Of a stretch of DNA of 64,000 nt, positions 29,868 through 38,103 are shown in pieces; the first letter of the stretch is position 1; the number at the start of each line of letters is the position of its first letter. Where the stretch lies: positions 35,301-99,300 of the forward strand of contig CAVXMB010000001.1 in the NCBI GenBank assembly GCA_963762745.1. The letters run 5' to 3'. A program made the translations under genes and the position numbers. Source of the stretch: an uncultured Actinomycetota bacterium. GTDB taxonomy: Bacteria; Actinomycetota; UBA4738; HRBIN12. The notes beneath the pieces are model-generated. The model was not told where the DNA came from and did no database searches. It worked only from the letters and a program-made list of their open reading frames with translations.

Positions 29868-30154
29868 TGCCACGCAAGAATCGGCGGAACCCCGAGTTCT
29901 TCCAGCCGAAGGAGGCGCCGCGACCGCGGTCCGCGGCGCCCACGTGGGCGGAGTTGCCGGGCTACGACGTCCGCCACGTGGGAGGCGAGAAGGAGTATCG
30001 CTGCCCGGGCTGCGATCACATCGTGCGAGCCGGGATCTGGCACCTGGTGGTGATCCCGATCGATGCGCCCGACGAGCGCCGGCACTGGCACACCGAGTGC
30101 TGGCGGAAGGAGCTTCGGAGGATCGGCGCCTATCGGGCACCGCCTCCCGACTGA
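29867..30154 (+). CDS. small zinc-ribbon protein (95 aa), conserved-actinobacterial type
   Basis: ATG 29867 overlaps the upstream stop (TGATG). 'YRCPGCDHIV...RRHWHTECW' gives a CxxC + HxxxC metal-site pattern. It is the 3' part of track ORF 29153..30154. Confidence 0.55.
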   Translation: MPRKNRRNPEFFQPKEAPRPRSAAPTWAELPGYDVRHVGGEKEYRCPGCDHIVRAGIWHLVVIPIDAPDERRHWHTECWRKELRRIGAYRAPPPD

Positions 30155-30182
30155 CGTCGGTGGCGGGGCTAAGGTTTCCCGG

Positions 30183-30332
30183 ATGGAGGCCGCTCCCAGC
30201 GCGGATCGTTGCCAGCCGATCGTCGAGTCGAAGCGGCTGCCGTGCGACGCATGCGGAGCCCCGATGGAGCCTGAACACGCGCACTATCGCTGTCCGTCGT
30301 GCGGGTACATCCTCCCCTGTTGCGGTTGGTAG
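30183..30332 (+). CDS. possible 49-aa Cys-rich zinc-ribbon peptide
   Basis: MEAAPSADRCQPIVESKRLPCDACGAPMEPEHAHYRCPSCGYILPCCGW (CxxC ... CxxC, C-terminal CC). Fills the gap between neighbouring genes. Short, no strong RBS seen. Confidence 0.3.
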   Translation: MEAAPSADRCQPIVESKRLPCDACGAPMEPEHAHYRCPSCGYILPCCGW

Positions 30333-30375
30333 ATGAGCCCGACGGACGGCGTCATACAGCGCTAGCATCTGCCCT

Positions 30376-30792
30376 ATGGGGCAGGAGGAACCGGCCCGGG
30401 CTCGTATGTGGGAAGCGGGAGGGCGGTGGTTCGCCCACGTTCTGGACGTGCCCGCCTATATCGAGGTGACGGGGACGAGCCGGGCCACCTGCCTCGCCGA
30501 GCTCCGACACGTGACCGGGGACGACGTCGATCTGATGATCGAGGTCATCCCCTCGGTCGTCGGGGTCGCGGAGGCGGCGGAGATCATGGGCTGGGACAAG
30601 CGGCGAGTCATCACGTACATCGATCGGGGCTCGTTCCCCGAGCCCATCAACACCCTCGCGTCCGGACGGATCTGGCTCCGGGAGGACGTCGAGGACTACG
30701 CCGAGCACTGGCGAACGACGCACCCGCCGCGGCGGACCCCTCGGGAACCGAAGAAGACGAAGAAGCCGAAGAAGGTGTCCGCGCCCGCGTGA
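30376..30792 (+). CDS. HicB-fold-like N-terminal domain + excisionase/MerR-type HTH + Lys-rich tail protein
   Basis: 138 aa (an alternative start at M11 would be 30406). 'WFAHVLDVPAYIEVTGTSRATCLAEL' resembles a HicB/UPF0150 fold. 'VAEAAEIMGWDKRRVITYIDRGSFPEP...GRIWLREDVEDY' is a helix-turn-helix. Tail is PKKTKKPKK. Confidence 0.5.
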   Translation: MGQEEPARARMWEAGGRWFAHVLDVPAYIEVTGTSRATCLAELRHVTGDDVDLMIEVIPSVVGVAEAAEIMGWDKRRVITYIDRGSFPEPINTLASGRIWLREDVEDYAEHWRTTHPPRRTPREPKKTKKPKKVSAPA

Positions 30793-31436
30793 CCGGCCGC
30801 GTCCTGTACCTGATCCGCCACGGTCAGTCCGACTTCGACCGGACCGGCGATCGATGGGCGAGCGCTCGCGGGGCGCAATGGGATCCGCCCCTGTCCGAGC
30901 ACGGACGACAGCAGGCCGATCTCCTCGCGCGGCGGCTCCGCGTGATGGACCTCGATCCATTCGTTGTGTACTCGTCCCCTTTGCGGCGCGCGGCCGAGAC
31001 CGCCGAAGCGTTCGCGCGCGAGGCGGGCACCGAGGTCGCGTTCGACGACGAGCTCGTGGAGGCCCACATCGGGGGATGGGAAGGCAAGCCCTTCGAGGAG
31101 ATCATCGAGTCGGATCCCGAGGTGATGCAGCACATCCGACATCAGCGGGCGATCTGGCATCGTGCGCCGGATGCGGAGCGGGGGGATGGGTTCCGTCGGC
31201 GTGTCCATGAAGCCGTCGAGGGCCTCCTGGGGAAACACCCCGACGAGAACGTCCTGCTCTTCGTGCACGGTGGCGTGATCAACGCGTACGTGGGCGAAGT
31301 GCTCGCTCTCGGACAGGAGATGTTCTTCCTCCCCGAGAACACGAGCGTGAACAGCGTCGACGTCGATGGCGACGTGCGGAGCGTGCGGTTCCTCAACGAC
31401 GTCCTGCACCTCACCGACCCGCACTTCTTCGAGTAG
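30789..31436 (+). CDS. histidine phosphatase family protein (phosphoglycerate-mutase-like)
   Basis: GTG 30789 overlaps the upstream stop (GTGA). 'VLYLIRHGQS' RHG motif, 'SSPLRRAAETAE' and 'VHGGVI'. Confidence 0.8.
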   Translation: MTGRVLYLIRHGQSDFDRTGDRWASARGAQWDPPLSEHGRQQADLLARRLRVMDLDPFVVYSSPLRRAAETAEAFAREAGTEVAFDDELVEAHIGGWEGKPFEEIIESDPEVMQHIRHQRAIWHRAPDAERGDGFRRRVHEAVEGLLGKHPDENVLLFVHGGVINAYVGEVLALGQEMFFLPENTSVNSVDVDGDVRSVRFLNDVLHLTDPHFFE

Positions 31437-31499
31437 GCGACGCATATACTCGACGGCACCCGTAGCGAAGACTCATCGACGATCTCGGAGGTTCGAAAC

Positions 31500-31883
31500 G
31501 TGGCCGTGAAGTTCCTTTCCGACGAATGGGCGCAGGCGCTGAAGGCCGAGCTCAACCAGAGCGACACGTTCCGTCAAGCAGCCGCCGGACAGCAGGCGAC
31601 GCTCCAGCAGGTGATCACAGGTACCGAGGGCGAGACCCACTACTGGATCACGATCGGTGACGGGACCATCGACCTGGGAACCGGCGACATCGAGAGTGAG
31701 GACGCCACCATCACCCAGAGCTACGACACCGCCGCGGCGCTCGCGAAAGGTCAGCTCTCGCCGGTCACCGCGTTCATGACGGGGAAGCTGAAGATCGGCG
31801 GGAACATGGGGATGATCCTCGGCCTGCAAGGGGCGCTCGCGCAGCTCCCGGCGGCGATGGCCAAGATCGACGTGGAGTACTAG
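31500..31883 (+). CDS. SCP2 sterol-binding-domain protein
   Basis: 127 aa. 'AFMTGKLKIGGNMGMILGL' C-terminal SCP2 signature. GTG start with GGAGG RBS. Confidence 0.8.
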   Translation: MAVKFLSDEWAQALKAELNQSDTFRQAAAGQQATLQQVITGTEGETHYWITIGDGTIDLGTGDIESEDATITQSYDTAAALAKGQLSPVTAFMTGKLKIGGNMGMILGLQGALAQLPAAMAKIDVEY

Positions 31884-32311
31884 TCCGCGGCGGGCTCGCG
31901 TCCGCTCACCGAGAAGCGCGACTGCGCTCGCGCGAGCAGCCTGCCTTCGCCGTCTTCGACCGACGCCTCGGCGAACGCGAGCGTCCGACCCACCTTGACC
32001 GCTTTGCCACGCCCGAAGAGACGTCCCGGTTTCGCCGACGCCAGGTAGTGGATGTCCAGGTCGGTCGTGATGTGAAGCCGTCCCGGCTCCATCGCGGAGC
32101 GGATCGACAGACCGCACGCGGTGTCGGCGAGTATCGCGAGCATGCCACCGTGCACGAGGCCCTGCAGGTTGACGTGACGGTCGAGCAGGTCCATCGCGAC
32201 CGTCACCTCACCGGCCGCCGCCTCCGTGACTTCCATCCCGGCCCAGGTATGGAACTCGGAGGCGGCGAGGCGCGTTCGAAGCGCCTCGAGCAGGGCTTCC
32301 TCGTTAGACAT
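31880..32311 (-). CDS. PaaI-family hotdog thioesterase
   Basis: 143 aa. 'NLQGLVHGGMLAILADTACG' motif. Confidence 0.8.
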   Translation of the reverse strand: MSNEEALLEALRTRLAASEFHTWAGMEVTEAAAGEVTVAMDLLDRHVNLQGLVHGGMLAILADTACGLSIRSAMEPGRLHITTDLDIHYLASAKPGRLFGRGKAVKVGRTLAFAEASVEDGEGRLLARAQSRFSVSGREPAAD

Positions 32312-32362
32312 CCCTCGCGACCTCCGGTCTCGTAGTCTCCCACGGGGGTACCGAGGTGGCGT

Positions 32363-32391
32363 TTGACGGACCCTCCCTCCGCCCGGAGAAT
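32363..32391 (+). promoter_or_regulatory. candidate sigma-70-type promoter of the BMP/ABC transporter operon
   Basis: TTGACG (32363-68), 17-nt spacer, GAGAAT (32386-91). Confidence 0.35.
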
Positions 32392-32399
32392 CCGTGCGG

Positions 32400-32415
32400 T
32401 CGGGCTCGAGCCCGA
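32400..32415. promoter_or_regulatory. 16-bp perfect palindrome (candidate operator) at the predicted transcription start
   Basis: TCGGGCTCGAGCCCGA is perfectly self-complementary. It begins 9 nt after the -10 candidate and ends 24 nt before ATG 32439. Confidence 0.3.
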
Positions 32416-32438
32416 GATGACCCTACGAAGGGGGAAGC

Positions 32439-33524
32439 ATGCCGAAATGGCTTCGATCGCTCCTCGTGCCCCTGGCCGTGCTCGCGCTCGTCGCAGCAGC
32501 CTGTGGTGACGACGGGGGCGAGGATCCCGGCGCCGAGGCGCCTGAATGCAACGCCGATATCAGCGTCGGCGTCGCGTACGACATCGGCGGTATCGGCGAC
32601 AAGTCGTTCAACGACGCGGCGAACGCGGGACTGACGTCCGCGATCGACGAGGGGCTCGTGTGCGAGGAGAACACGGACTCGCTCGAGCCCGACGCGACCG
32701 GTTCCAACCGGGACGACAACGTGATCGCACTCGCCGACGCAGGCCATGACCTGGTCATCGCCGTCGGGTTCGCGTTCTCTCCGGGCATCAACGAGAGCGC
32801 CGGCGACTACGCCGACACGCAGTTCGCGATCATCGACGGTTACGCCACCTGCGGAACCGCCTGCGGCCTCACCAACGACGGTCTCACGAATGTGACGGAC
32901 CTGACGTTCAAGGAGCATGAAGGGTCGTTCCTCGTCGGTGCCGCCGCCGCGACGCAGGCCGGGAAGGAGAGCTGCGACACGGTGGGCTTCCTCGGTGGAC
33001 AGACCGGTCCGCTGATCGAGAAGTTCGAGGCCGGGTTCACAGCCGGCGTCGCGCACGTGGACGACGGCATCGAGGTGCTGGTGCAGTACATCGGCGACGA
33101 TGTGACGGCCTTCAACGACGCGGTGAAGGGCGAGGCTCTGTCGACGGGCATGTACGACGACGGCGCGTGCATCATCTACCACGCCGCCGGTGCCTCAGGA
33201 GCAGGGCTATTCAACGCGGCCGTCGCGGCCGACCGGTTGGCGATCGGCGTCGACTCGGACCAGTACCTGCTGGTCAGCGCCGAGCAGCAGCCGCACATCA
33301 TGACGTCGATGCTCAAGCGAGTGGACACGGCCGTGCACGACGCGATCCAGCAGTCGGGCGACGGCAGTCTGGAGGCGGGCGGGCAGGTCTTCGGAATGGC
33401 GGAAGGCGGTGTCGACTACTCCAAGAGCAACACGGACCTGATGACCGACGACATCGTCACCCTGCTCGACGACCTGAAGCAGCAGATCATCGACGGAGGC
33501 ATCTCCGTCCCCGAGGCTCCGTAG
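32439..33524 (+). CDS. BMP-family (PnrA/Med-like) ABC substrate-binding lipoprotein
   Basis: 361 aa. Lipobox 'LVAAACG'. 'VGVAYDIGGIGDKSFND' is typical of basic-membrane-protein nucleoside binders. Confidence 0.85.
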   Translation: MPKWLRSLLVPLAVLALVAAACGDDGGEDPGAEAPECNADISVGVAYDIGGIGDKSFNDAANAGLTSAIDEGLVCEENTDSLEPDATGSNRDDNVIALADAGHDLVIAVGFAFSPGINESAGDYADTQFAIIDGYATCGTACGLTNDGLTNVTDLTFKEHEGSFLVGAAAATQAGKESCDTVGFLGGQTGPLIEKFEAGFTAGVAHVDDGIEVLVQYIGDDVTAFNDAVKGEALSTGMYDDGACIIYHAAGASGAGLFNAAVAADRLAIGVDSDQYLLVSAEQQPHIMTSMLKRVDTAVHDAIQQSGDGSLEAGGQVFGMAEGGVDYSKSNTDLMTDDIVTLLDDLKQQIIDGGISVPEAP

Positions 33525-33545
33525 GCCCGGAGTCGGGATCGACCG

Positions 33546-35081
33546 ATGAACGACGAACGAGGGGCGGGGCGCGCAAGCGCCCCGCCCCTCGTCGTGATGG
33601 AGCACATCACCAAGCGGTTCCCGGGCGTCGTGGCCAACGACGACGTCTCGCTCGAGCTGCGCGCGGGCGAGGTCCATGCCCTGATCGGAGAGAACGGGGC
33701 CGGCAAGTCCACCCTGATGCGGATCCTCTACGGGATGTATCCGGCGAGTGAGGGACGGATCCTCCTGGGCGGTGAGGAGGTGTCGATCACATCGCCGCGC
33801 GTCGCGCTCCAACACGGGATCGGGATGGTCCACCAGCACTTCGTGCTGGTCGATCCCTTCACGGTCACGGAGAACGTGATCCTTGGCGACGAGGGCTCTG
33901 CGGTCCTCGACATGGAGACCGCTCAGCAGAAGGTCGCCGATCTGGCGCTCACGTACGGGTTCCAAGTGCGACCGAGCGCCTTGATCGAGGATCTCTCCGT
34001 CGGGGAAGAGCAACGGGTCGAGATCCTCAAGGCCCTCTATCGGGGGGTCGAGGTCCTGATCCTCGACGAGCCCACCGCGGTCCTGACGCCGCTCGAAGCG
34101 AAGGACCTCTTCGCCAACCTTCGCCGGCTTCGGGACGACGGGAAGGCGATCGTGTTCATCAGCCACAAGCTGGACGAGGTGCTCGACATCGCCGATCGGA
34201 TCACGGTGCTCCGTCGAGGGAAGGTCGTGGGGGAGACGACCCCCGCCGAGACCTCCAAGGCGAAGCTCGCGGAGATGATGGTGGGACGTCCGGTGCTGTT
34301 CCGTCTCGACAAGCCCGACGTGGAGATCGGCGAGGCCATCCTCGAGGTCGACGGTCTCCTGGGCGAAGGCAAGCTGAACGGGATCGGGTTGGAGGTGCGG
34401 GCCCGGGAGATCCTCGGCGTCGCCGGCGTCGAAGGCAACGGGCAGAAGGAGCTCGCCGAGGCACTGATCGGCCTCAGGAAGCCCGCGGCCGGCACGATCC
34501 GACTGGCCGGGACGGACATCACCGGCTGGTCGGTGTCGGACATCCGGAACGCGGGCGTGGCCTACATCCCGGAGGACCGCCACGAGCAGGGGCTCGTCCT
34601 GGACATGACGCTGTGGGAGAACGCCGTCCTCGGACGCGAGGACGATCCGCCGTTCTCGGGGAGGACGGGCTTCCTCTTCATCGAGAAGATCAAGGAGATG
34701 GCCAAGCGGCTCGTGAAGTTGTTCGACGTCCGGGCCCGGTCGATCAACGTCAATGCGAGCACGCTCTCGGGCGGCAACCAGCAGAAACTGGTCCTCGCAC
34801 GAGAGCTGGACACGAGTCCGAAGTTGCTGATCGCCTCACAGCCGACCCGCGGATTGGATGTGGGCGCCATCGAGTTCGTGTGGCGGCAGATCCTGAACCA
34901 GAAGGAGGAGGGCCGCGGAGTGCTCCTGATCTCGGCCGAGCTCGACGAGATCTACGCGCTCTCGGATCGGATCGTGACGATCTACGAAGGACGGATCACG
35001 GGCGAGTACGGGCCCGATGCGCCTCCCGAGGAGCTAGGCGTCGGGATGCTCGGGGCCGCCGAAACGGTCGAGGCCAGCTGA
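33546..35081 (+). CDS. ABC transporter ATP-binding protein (duplicated ATPase)
   Basis: 511 aa. Walker A 'GENGAGKST', signatures 'LSVGEEQRVE' and 'LSGGNQQKL', two NBDs. Confidence 0.9.
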   Translation: MNDERGAGRASAPPLVVMEHITKRFPGVVANDDVSLELRAGEVHALIGENGAGKSTLMRILYGMYPASEGRILLGGEEVSITSPRVALQHGIGMVHQHFVLVDPFTVTENVILGDEGSAVLDMETAQQKVADLALTYGFQVRPSALIEDLSVGEEQRVEILKALYRGVEVLILDEPTAVLTPLEAKDLFANLRRLRDDGKAIVFISHKLDEVLDIADRITVLRRGKVVGETTPAETSKAKLAEMMVGRPVLFRLDKPDVEIGEAILEVDGLLGEGKLNGIGLEVRAREILGVAGVEGNGQKELAEALIGLRKPAAGTIRLAGTDITGWSVSDIRNAGVAYIPEDRHEQGLVLDMTLWENAVLGREDDPPFSGRTGFLFIEKIKEMAKRLVKLFDVRARSINVNASTLSGGNQQKLVLARELDTSPKLLIASQPTRGLDVGAIEFVWRQILNQKEEGRGVLLISAELDEIYALSDRIVTIYEGRITGEYGPDAPPEELGVGMLGAAETVEAS

Positions 35082-36265
35082 TGTCGTCAGCCGACGCGTC
35101 TTTGCCCGCTCCCCGCGCGCTTCCACCGTGGCTCGAGTCGGCGCTCGGCCAGGCCCTGGCGTTGCTGGCCGCGTTCGCGATCGCGATCGGCGTGGGCTCG
35201 CTGATCATCCTCCTCTACGGAGAGAACCCGCTCTCCGTGTACAGCGCGATGCTCAGCTTCGCCTTCAAGGACGTCACGAGCATCGGGACGATCCTGTCCA
35301 TCGCGACGCCGCTCATCTTCGCCGCACTCGCCGTCTCCGTCTGCTTCAAGGCGGGGTTGTTCAACATCGGAGTCGAGGGTCAGTTCCTGGTGGGCATGGT
35401 CACGGCGTCCTGGGCGGCGCTCACGTTCGACTTCCTGCCGGGTCTGCTCCACCTCACCGTCGTGCTGCTGTTCGCGTGTCTGGGAGGCATGGTGTATGCC
35501 GCCGTCCCCGGGATCCTCAAGGTGACGACGGGTGCGCACGAGGTCGTGACGACGATCATGATGAACGGCATCGCCGTCAGCATCGTCGCGTACGCCCTCA
35601 ACGGCCCGTTGAAGTTCACGAAGGCTCCCCCCGGCCAGAACGTGGACCTGCGCACGGACATCTTCGAACCGAGCGCCCTCGTGCCGGACCTGGGGCATCT
35701 CTTCGGCGTCGGCAGCTCGGCGCATCTGTCGTGGCTGTTCCCGATCGCGATCGTGGCGGGCGCGATCGTCTGGTTCCTGTTCCGGCGGATGCGTCTCGGC
35801 TACGAGGCCCGCGTGGTCGGATCCTCCGTGGGATCCGCCCGCGCGGGCGGGATCGGGATCGGGAGTGTGCAGATCAAGCTGTTCATGATCTCGGGTGCGC
35901 TCGCGGGGCTGATCGGGATGCAGCAGGTGCTCGCGGAGCGAGGCGCCCTCGTCCAGAACTACGAGGCGCAGCTCGGATTCACGGGGATCGCCGTCGCCTT
36001 CCTGGGTCAGAACAACCCGATCGGGATCCTGTTCGCCGCGGTGCTGTGGGCGATCCTCTCCCGGGGGGAGACCGCGCTCCAGCTCGGCACGAACCTTCCG
36101 CGAGAGTTCGTGATCATCCTCCAGGGGATCTTGATCTTCTCCGTGGTGGTCGTCTACCAGATCGCGAAGCGTCGGCTGGCCCGGCGCGAGCTTCAACGCG
36201 CCGGCGCCGAGGTCGGACTCCGGGACACCGCGACGCCCGAGGACGAGGCTCCGCAGGAGGCCTGA
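35081..36265 (+). CDS. ABC transporter permease
   Basis: Start at MSSADASLPAP (TGATG overlap with the ATPase stop). About 9-10 TM helices. It is the 3' part of track ORF 34613..36265. Confidence 0.85.
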   Translation: MSSADASLPAPRALPPWLESALGQALALLAAFAIAIGVGSLIILLYGENPLSVYSAMLSFAFKDVTSIGTILSIATPLIFAALAVSVCFKAGLFNIGVEGQFLVGMVTASWAALTFDFLPGLLHLTVVLLFACLGGMVYAAVPGILKVTTGAHEVVTTIMMNGIAVSIVAYALNGPLKFTKAPPGQNVDLRTDIFEPSALVPDLGHLFGVGSSAHLSWLFPIAIVAGAIVWFLFRRMRLGYEARVVGSSVGSARAGGIGIGSVQIKLFMISGALAGLIGMQQVLAERGALVQNYEAQLGFTGIAVAFLGQNNPIGILFAAVLWAILSRGETALQLGTNLPREFVIILQGILIFSVVVVYQIAKRRLARRELQRAGAEVGLRDTATPEDEAPQEA

Positions 36266-37245
36266 TGGACCTCACCGACATCGGCGCCTCGGTCCGGATC
36301 GCGTTCACCTATTTCACGATCCTCTATCTCACGGGCCTCGGCGGGTTGTTCAGCGAACGCTCGGGCATCGTGAACATCGGGCTCGAGGGTCTGATGGTGA
36401 TCGGGACCGTCACCGGCGCGGCGGGAGCGATGATCTTCGCCGCGCCGGCACCGGACGGGATGGGTTTGGGCGCCGGAGGTGTGGTCCTCGGGTTGCTCTT
36501 CGGCGCGGTCTGCGGCGCGCTCTTCGCGTCGGTGCATGCGGTCGCCACGATCAACTTCCGGGTGGATCACATCGTGTCCGGTGTGGTGATCAACCTGGTG
36601 GCGATCGGACTCGCCAGGTTCCTCTCGTTCGTGTTCTTCGAGCAGGCGACGCAATCGGATCCGGGCGGTCCGCACCTGGCGAGGATCGACATCCCGTTGC
36701 TGTCCGACATCCCGTGGGGACTCGGGAACGCGTTCCAGAACCTCTCGCCTGTCGTGCTGTTCGCCGCCGCCCTCGTGTTCCCTGTGTCGTTCGCCCTCTA
36801 CCGGACCCGGTGGGGGCTCCGTCTCCGCTCGGCCGGCGAGAATCCGGAGGCGACGCGATCCCTGGGCGTGGCGGTGGCGCCGCTCCGGTGGGAAGGCGTC
36901 TTGCTCTCCGGCGCCCTCGCCGGACTCTCCGGTGCGTTCCTCTCCGTCGAGGTCGTCGGCAACTGGCGGGAGGGACAGACGCTCGGGCTCGGGTTCATCG
37001 CCCTCGCCGCGCTGATCCTGTCGAACTGGGATCCGCGACGGCTGATGGTGGCCGCGTTCCTCTTCGGGTTCGCGCAGGCGATCCCGCTGCGGCTGGACGA
37101 CGCACCGGTGATCTCACTGCTGCCGCCGCAGTTCATCAACATGATCCCGTACGTCGTCACCATCGTGGCGATCGCAGGCTTCGTGGCGAAAGTGCGTCCA
37201 CCGGCTGCCGCGGGCCGCGCCTACGAGGGAGCGGGCGGCACGTAG
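36265..37245 (+). CDS. ABC transporter permease (second subunit)
   Basis: Start at MDLTDIGASVRIAFTYF (TGATG overlap). 'GGLFSERSGIVNIGLEG' motif. It is the 3' part of track ORF 35128..37245. Confidence 0.85.
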   Translation: MDLTDIGASVRIAFTYFTILYLTGLGGLFSERSGIVNIGLEGLMVIGTVTGAAGAMIFAAPAPDGMGLGAGGVVLGLLFGAVCGALFASVHAVATINFRVDHIVSGVVINLVAIGLARFLSFVFFEQATQSDPGGPHLARIDIPLLSDIPWGLGNAFQNLSPVVLFAAALVFPVSFALYRTRWGLRLRSAGENPEATRSLGVAVAPLRWEGVLLSGALAGLSGAFLSVEVVGNWREGQTLGLGFIALAALILSNWDPRRLMVAAFLFGFAQAIPLRLDDAPVISLLPPQFINMIPYVVTIVAIAGFVAKVRPPAAAGRAYEGAGGT

Positions 37246-37257
37246 CTTTCGGGAAGG

Positions 37258-37881
37258 CTAGTCGGTGCCGTGGAGCCGATCGCCGAAATCGCCGAGCCCC
37301 GGGACGATGAACCCCACGTCGTTCAGCTCGCGATCGAGCGCGGCGGCGACGATCGGCACGCCGGGATGATCGTCCTCGATCCTCGCGACGCCTTCCGGGG
37401 CCGCAACGATGCACACGAACGAGATGGAGGTGGGCTTCGCATGCGCCTTCACGTGGGCGATGGCGGCGCTCCCCGATCCGCCGGTCGCGAGCATCGGATC
37501 GAGCACGAGCGCTCGGCGGCCCTCCATCCGCGGCAGCTTCGCGTAGTAGTCGCGCGGCTCGAGTGTCTCCTCGTCGCGTTCCAGGCCGAGGTACCCGACG
37601 ATCGTATCGGGATACAGATCCGTGACGGCATCGAGGAGTCCCAGGCCCGCCCGGAGCACCGGGACGGCGACGAGCGGCTCTGCGATCCGAACGGCCTTCG
37701 TTTCCTCCATCGGGGTCTCGATCGTGAGGCGCTCGCTGAGGAGGTCGCGGGTGGCTTCGATCACGAGCAGCCATCCGAGGCGGCGGGTGAGGCTGCGGAA
37801 CTCGGCGGGATCCGTTCCACGCTCCCGGAGCCGGGACAGGAGATCGAGGGCGAGGGGGTGTTCGAGCACCGTGATCGGCAT
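37258..37881 (-). CDS. upp: uracil phosphoribosyltransferase
   Basis: Start at MPITVLEHPL (207 aa) within track ORF 37258..37926. PRPP motif 'VLDPMLATGGS' and 'GLGDFGDR'. Confidence 0.85.
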   Translation of the reverse strand: MPITVLEHPLALDLLSRLRERGTDPAEFRSLTRRLGWLLVIEATRDLLSERLTIETPMEETKAVRIAEPLVAVPVLRAGLGLLDAVTDLYPDTIVGYLGLERDEETLEPRDYYAKLPRMEGRRALVLDPMLATGGSGSAAIAHVKAHAKPTSISFVCIVAAPEGVARIEDDHPGVPIVAAALDRELNDVGFIVPGLGDFGDRLHGTD

Positions 37882-37919
37882 CGAGCCGCATCCTAGCCCT
37901 GTTGCCGCGGCCGGGCTTG

Positions 37920-37949
37920 TTGACACCGGCGCCGCCCGGCGGTCACGAT
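37920..37949 (+). promoter_or_regulatory. candidate promoter for the aromatic leader / DAHP synthase transcript
   Basis: TTGACA (37920-25), 18-nt spacer, CACGAT (37944-49). This would start transcription only a few nt before ATG 37959. Confidence 0.3.
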
Positions 37950-37958
37950 GGGCGCCTC

Positions 37959-38012
37959 ATGCAGCGCTTCGACGGCGAATGGTTCTTCTACTTCGGGCGT
38001 AGCCCGGCGTAG
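37959..38012 (+). CDS. candidate 17-aa aromatic-rich leader peptide (MQRFDGEWFFYFGRSPA)
   Basis: Hand-translated, too short for the ORF track. ATG 37959, TAG 38010-12. Five consecutive aromatic codons TGG TTC TTC TAC TTC at 37980-94. Sits 92 nt upstream of the DAHP synthase start. Confidence 0.5.
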   Translation: MQRFDGEWFFYFGRSPA

Positions 38013-38036
38013 CACCTGCAGCCGAACGAGCACAGG

Positions 38037-38068
38037 GGCCCCGGGCGGAAGACCCGGGGCCGTTTCGT
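38037..38068 (+). terminator. candidate attenuator terminator
   Basis: GGCCCCGGG (38037-45), 7-nt loop, CCCGGGGCC (38053-61), followed by GTTTCGT. CCCGGGGCCGT is directly repeated at 38053-63 and 38070-80, allowing alternative pairings. Confidence 0.45.
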
Positions 38069-38103
38069 CCCCGGGGCCGTCCCGGCGCCGGAGGAGGTCG
38101 CGG

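Noticed and set aside
30376-30792. HicB-like protein as part of a HicAB toxin-antitoxin pair
   Set aside because: No HicA-like (about 60-aa dsRBD-fold) gene is adjacent. The preceding 49-aa ORF is a Cys-ribbon, not HicA. The downstream gene is a histidine phosphatase coupled by GTGA.
32312-32438. Possible riboswitch in the leader of the BMP/ABC transporter operon
   Set aside because: I could not match the sequence to any riboswitch consensus I know (purine, ZTP, PRPP etc.). The promoter-plus-palindrome explanation is simpler.
37948-38103. In-frame N-terminal extension of the DAHP synthase ORF starting at ATG 37948
   Set aside because: The extension translates to a Ser/Arg/Gly-rich segment. 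A strong RBS (GGAGGAGG) precedes ATG 38104, and from there the protein aligns with the regulatory-domain N-terminus (MVVVMKQDATETDIEAV). The region is better explained by the leader/attenuator.
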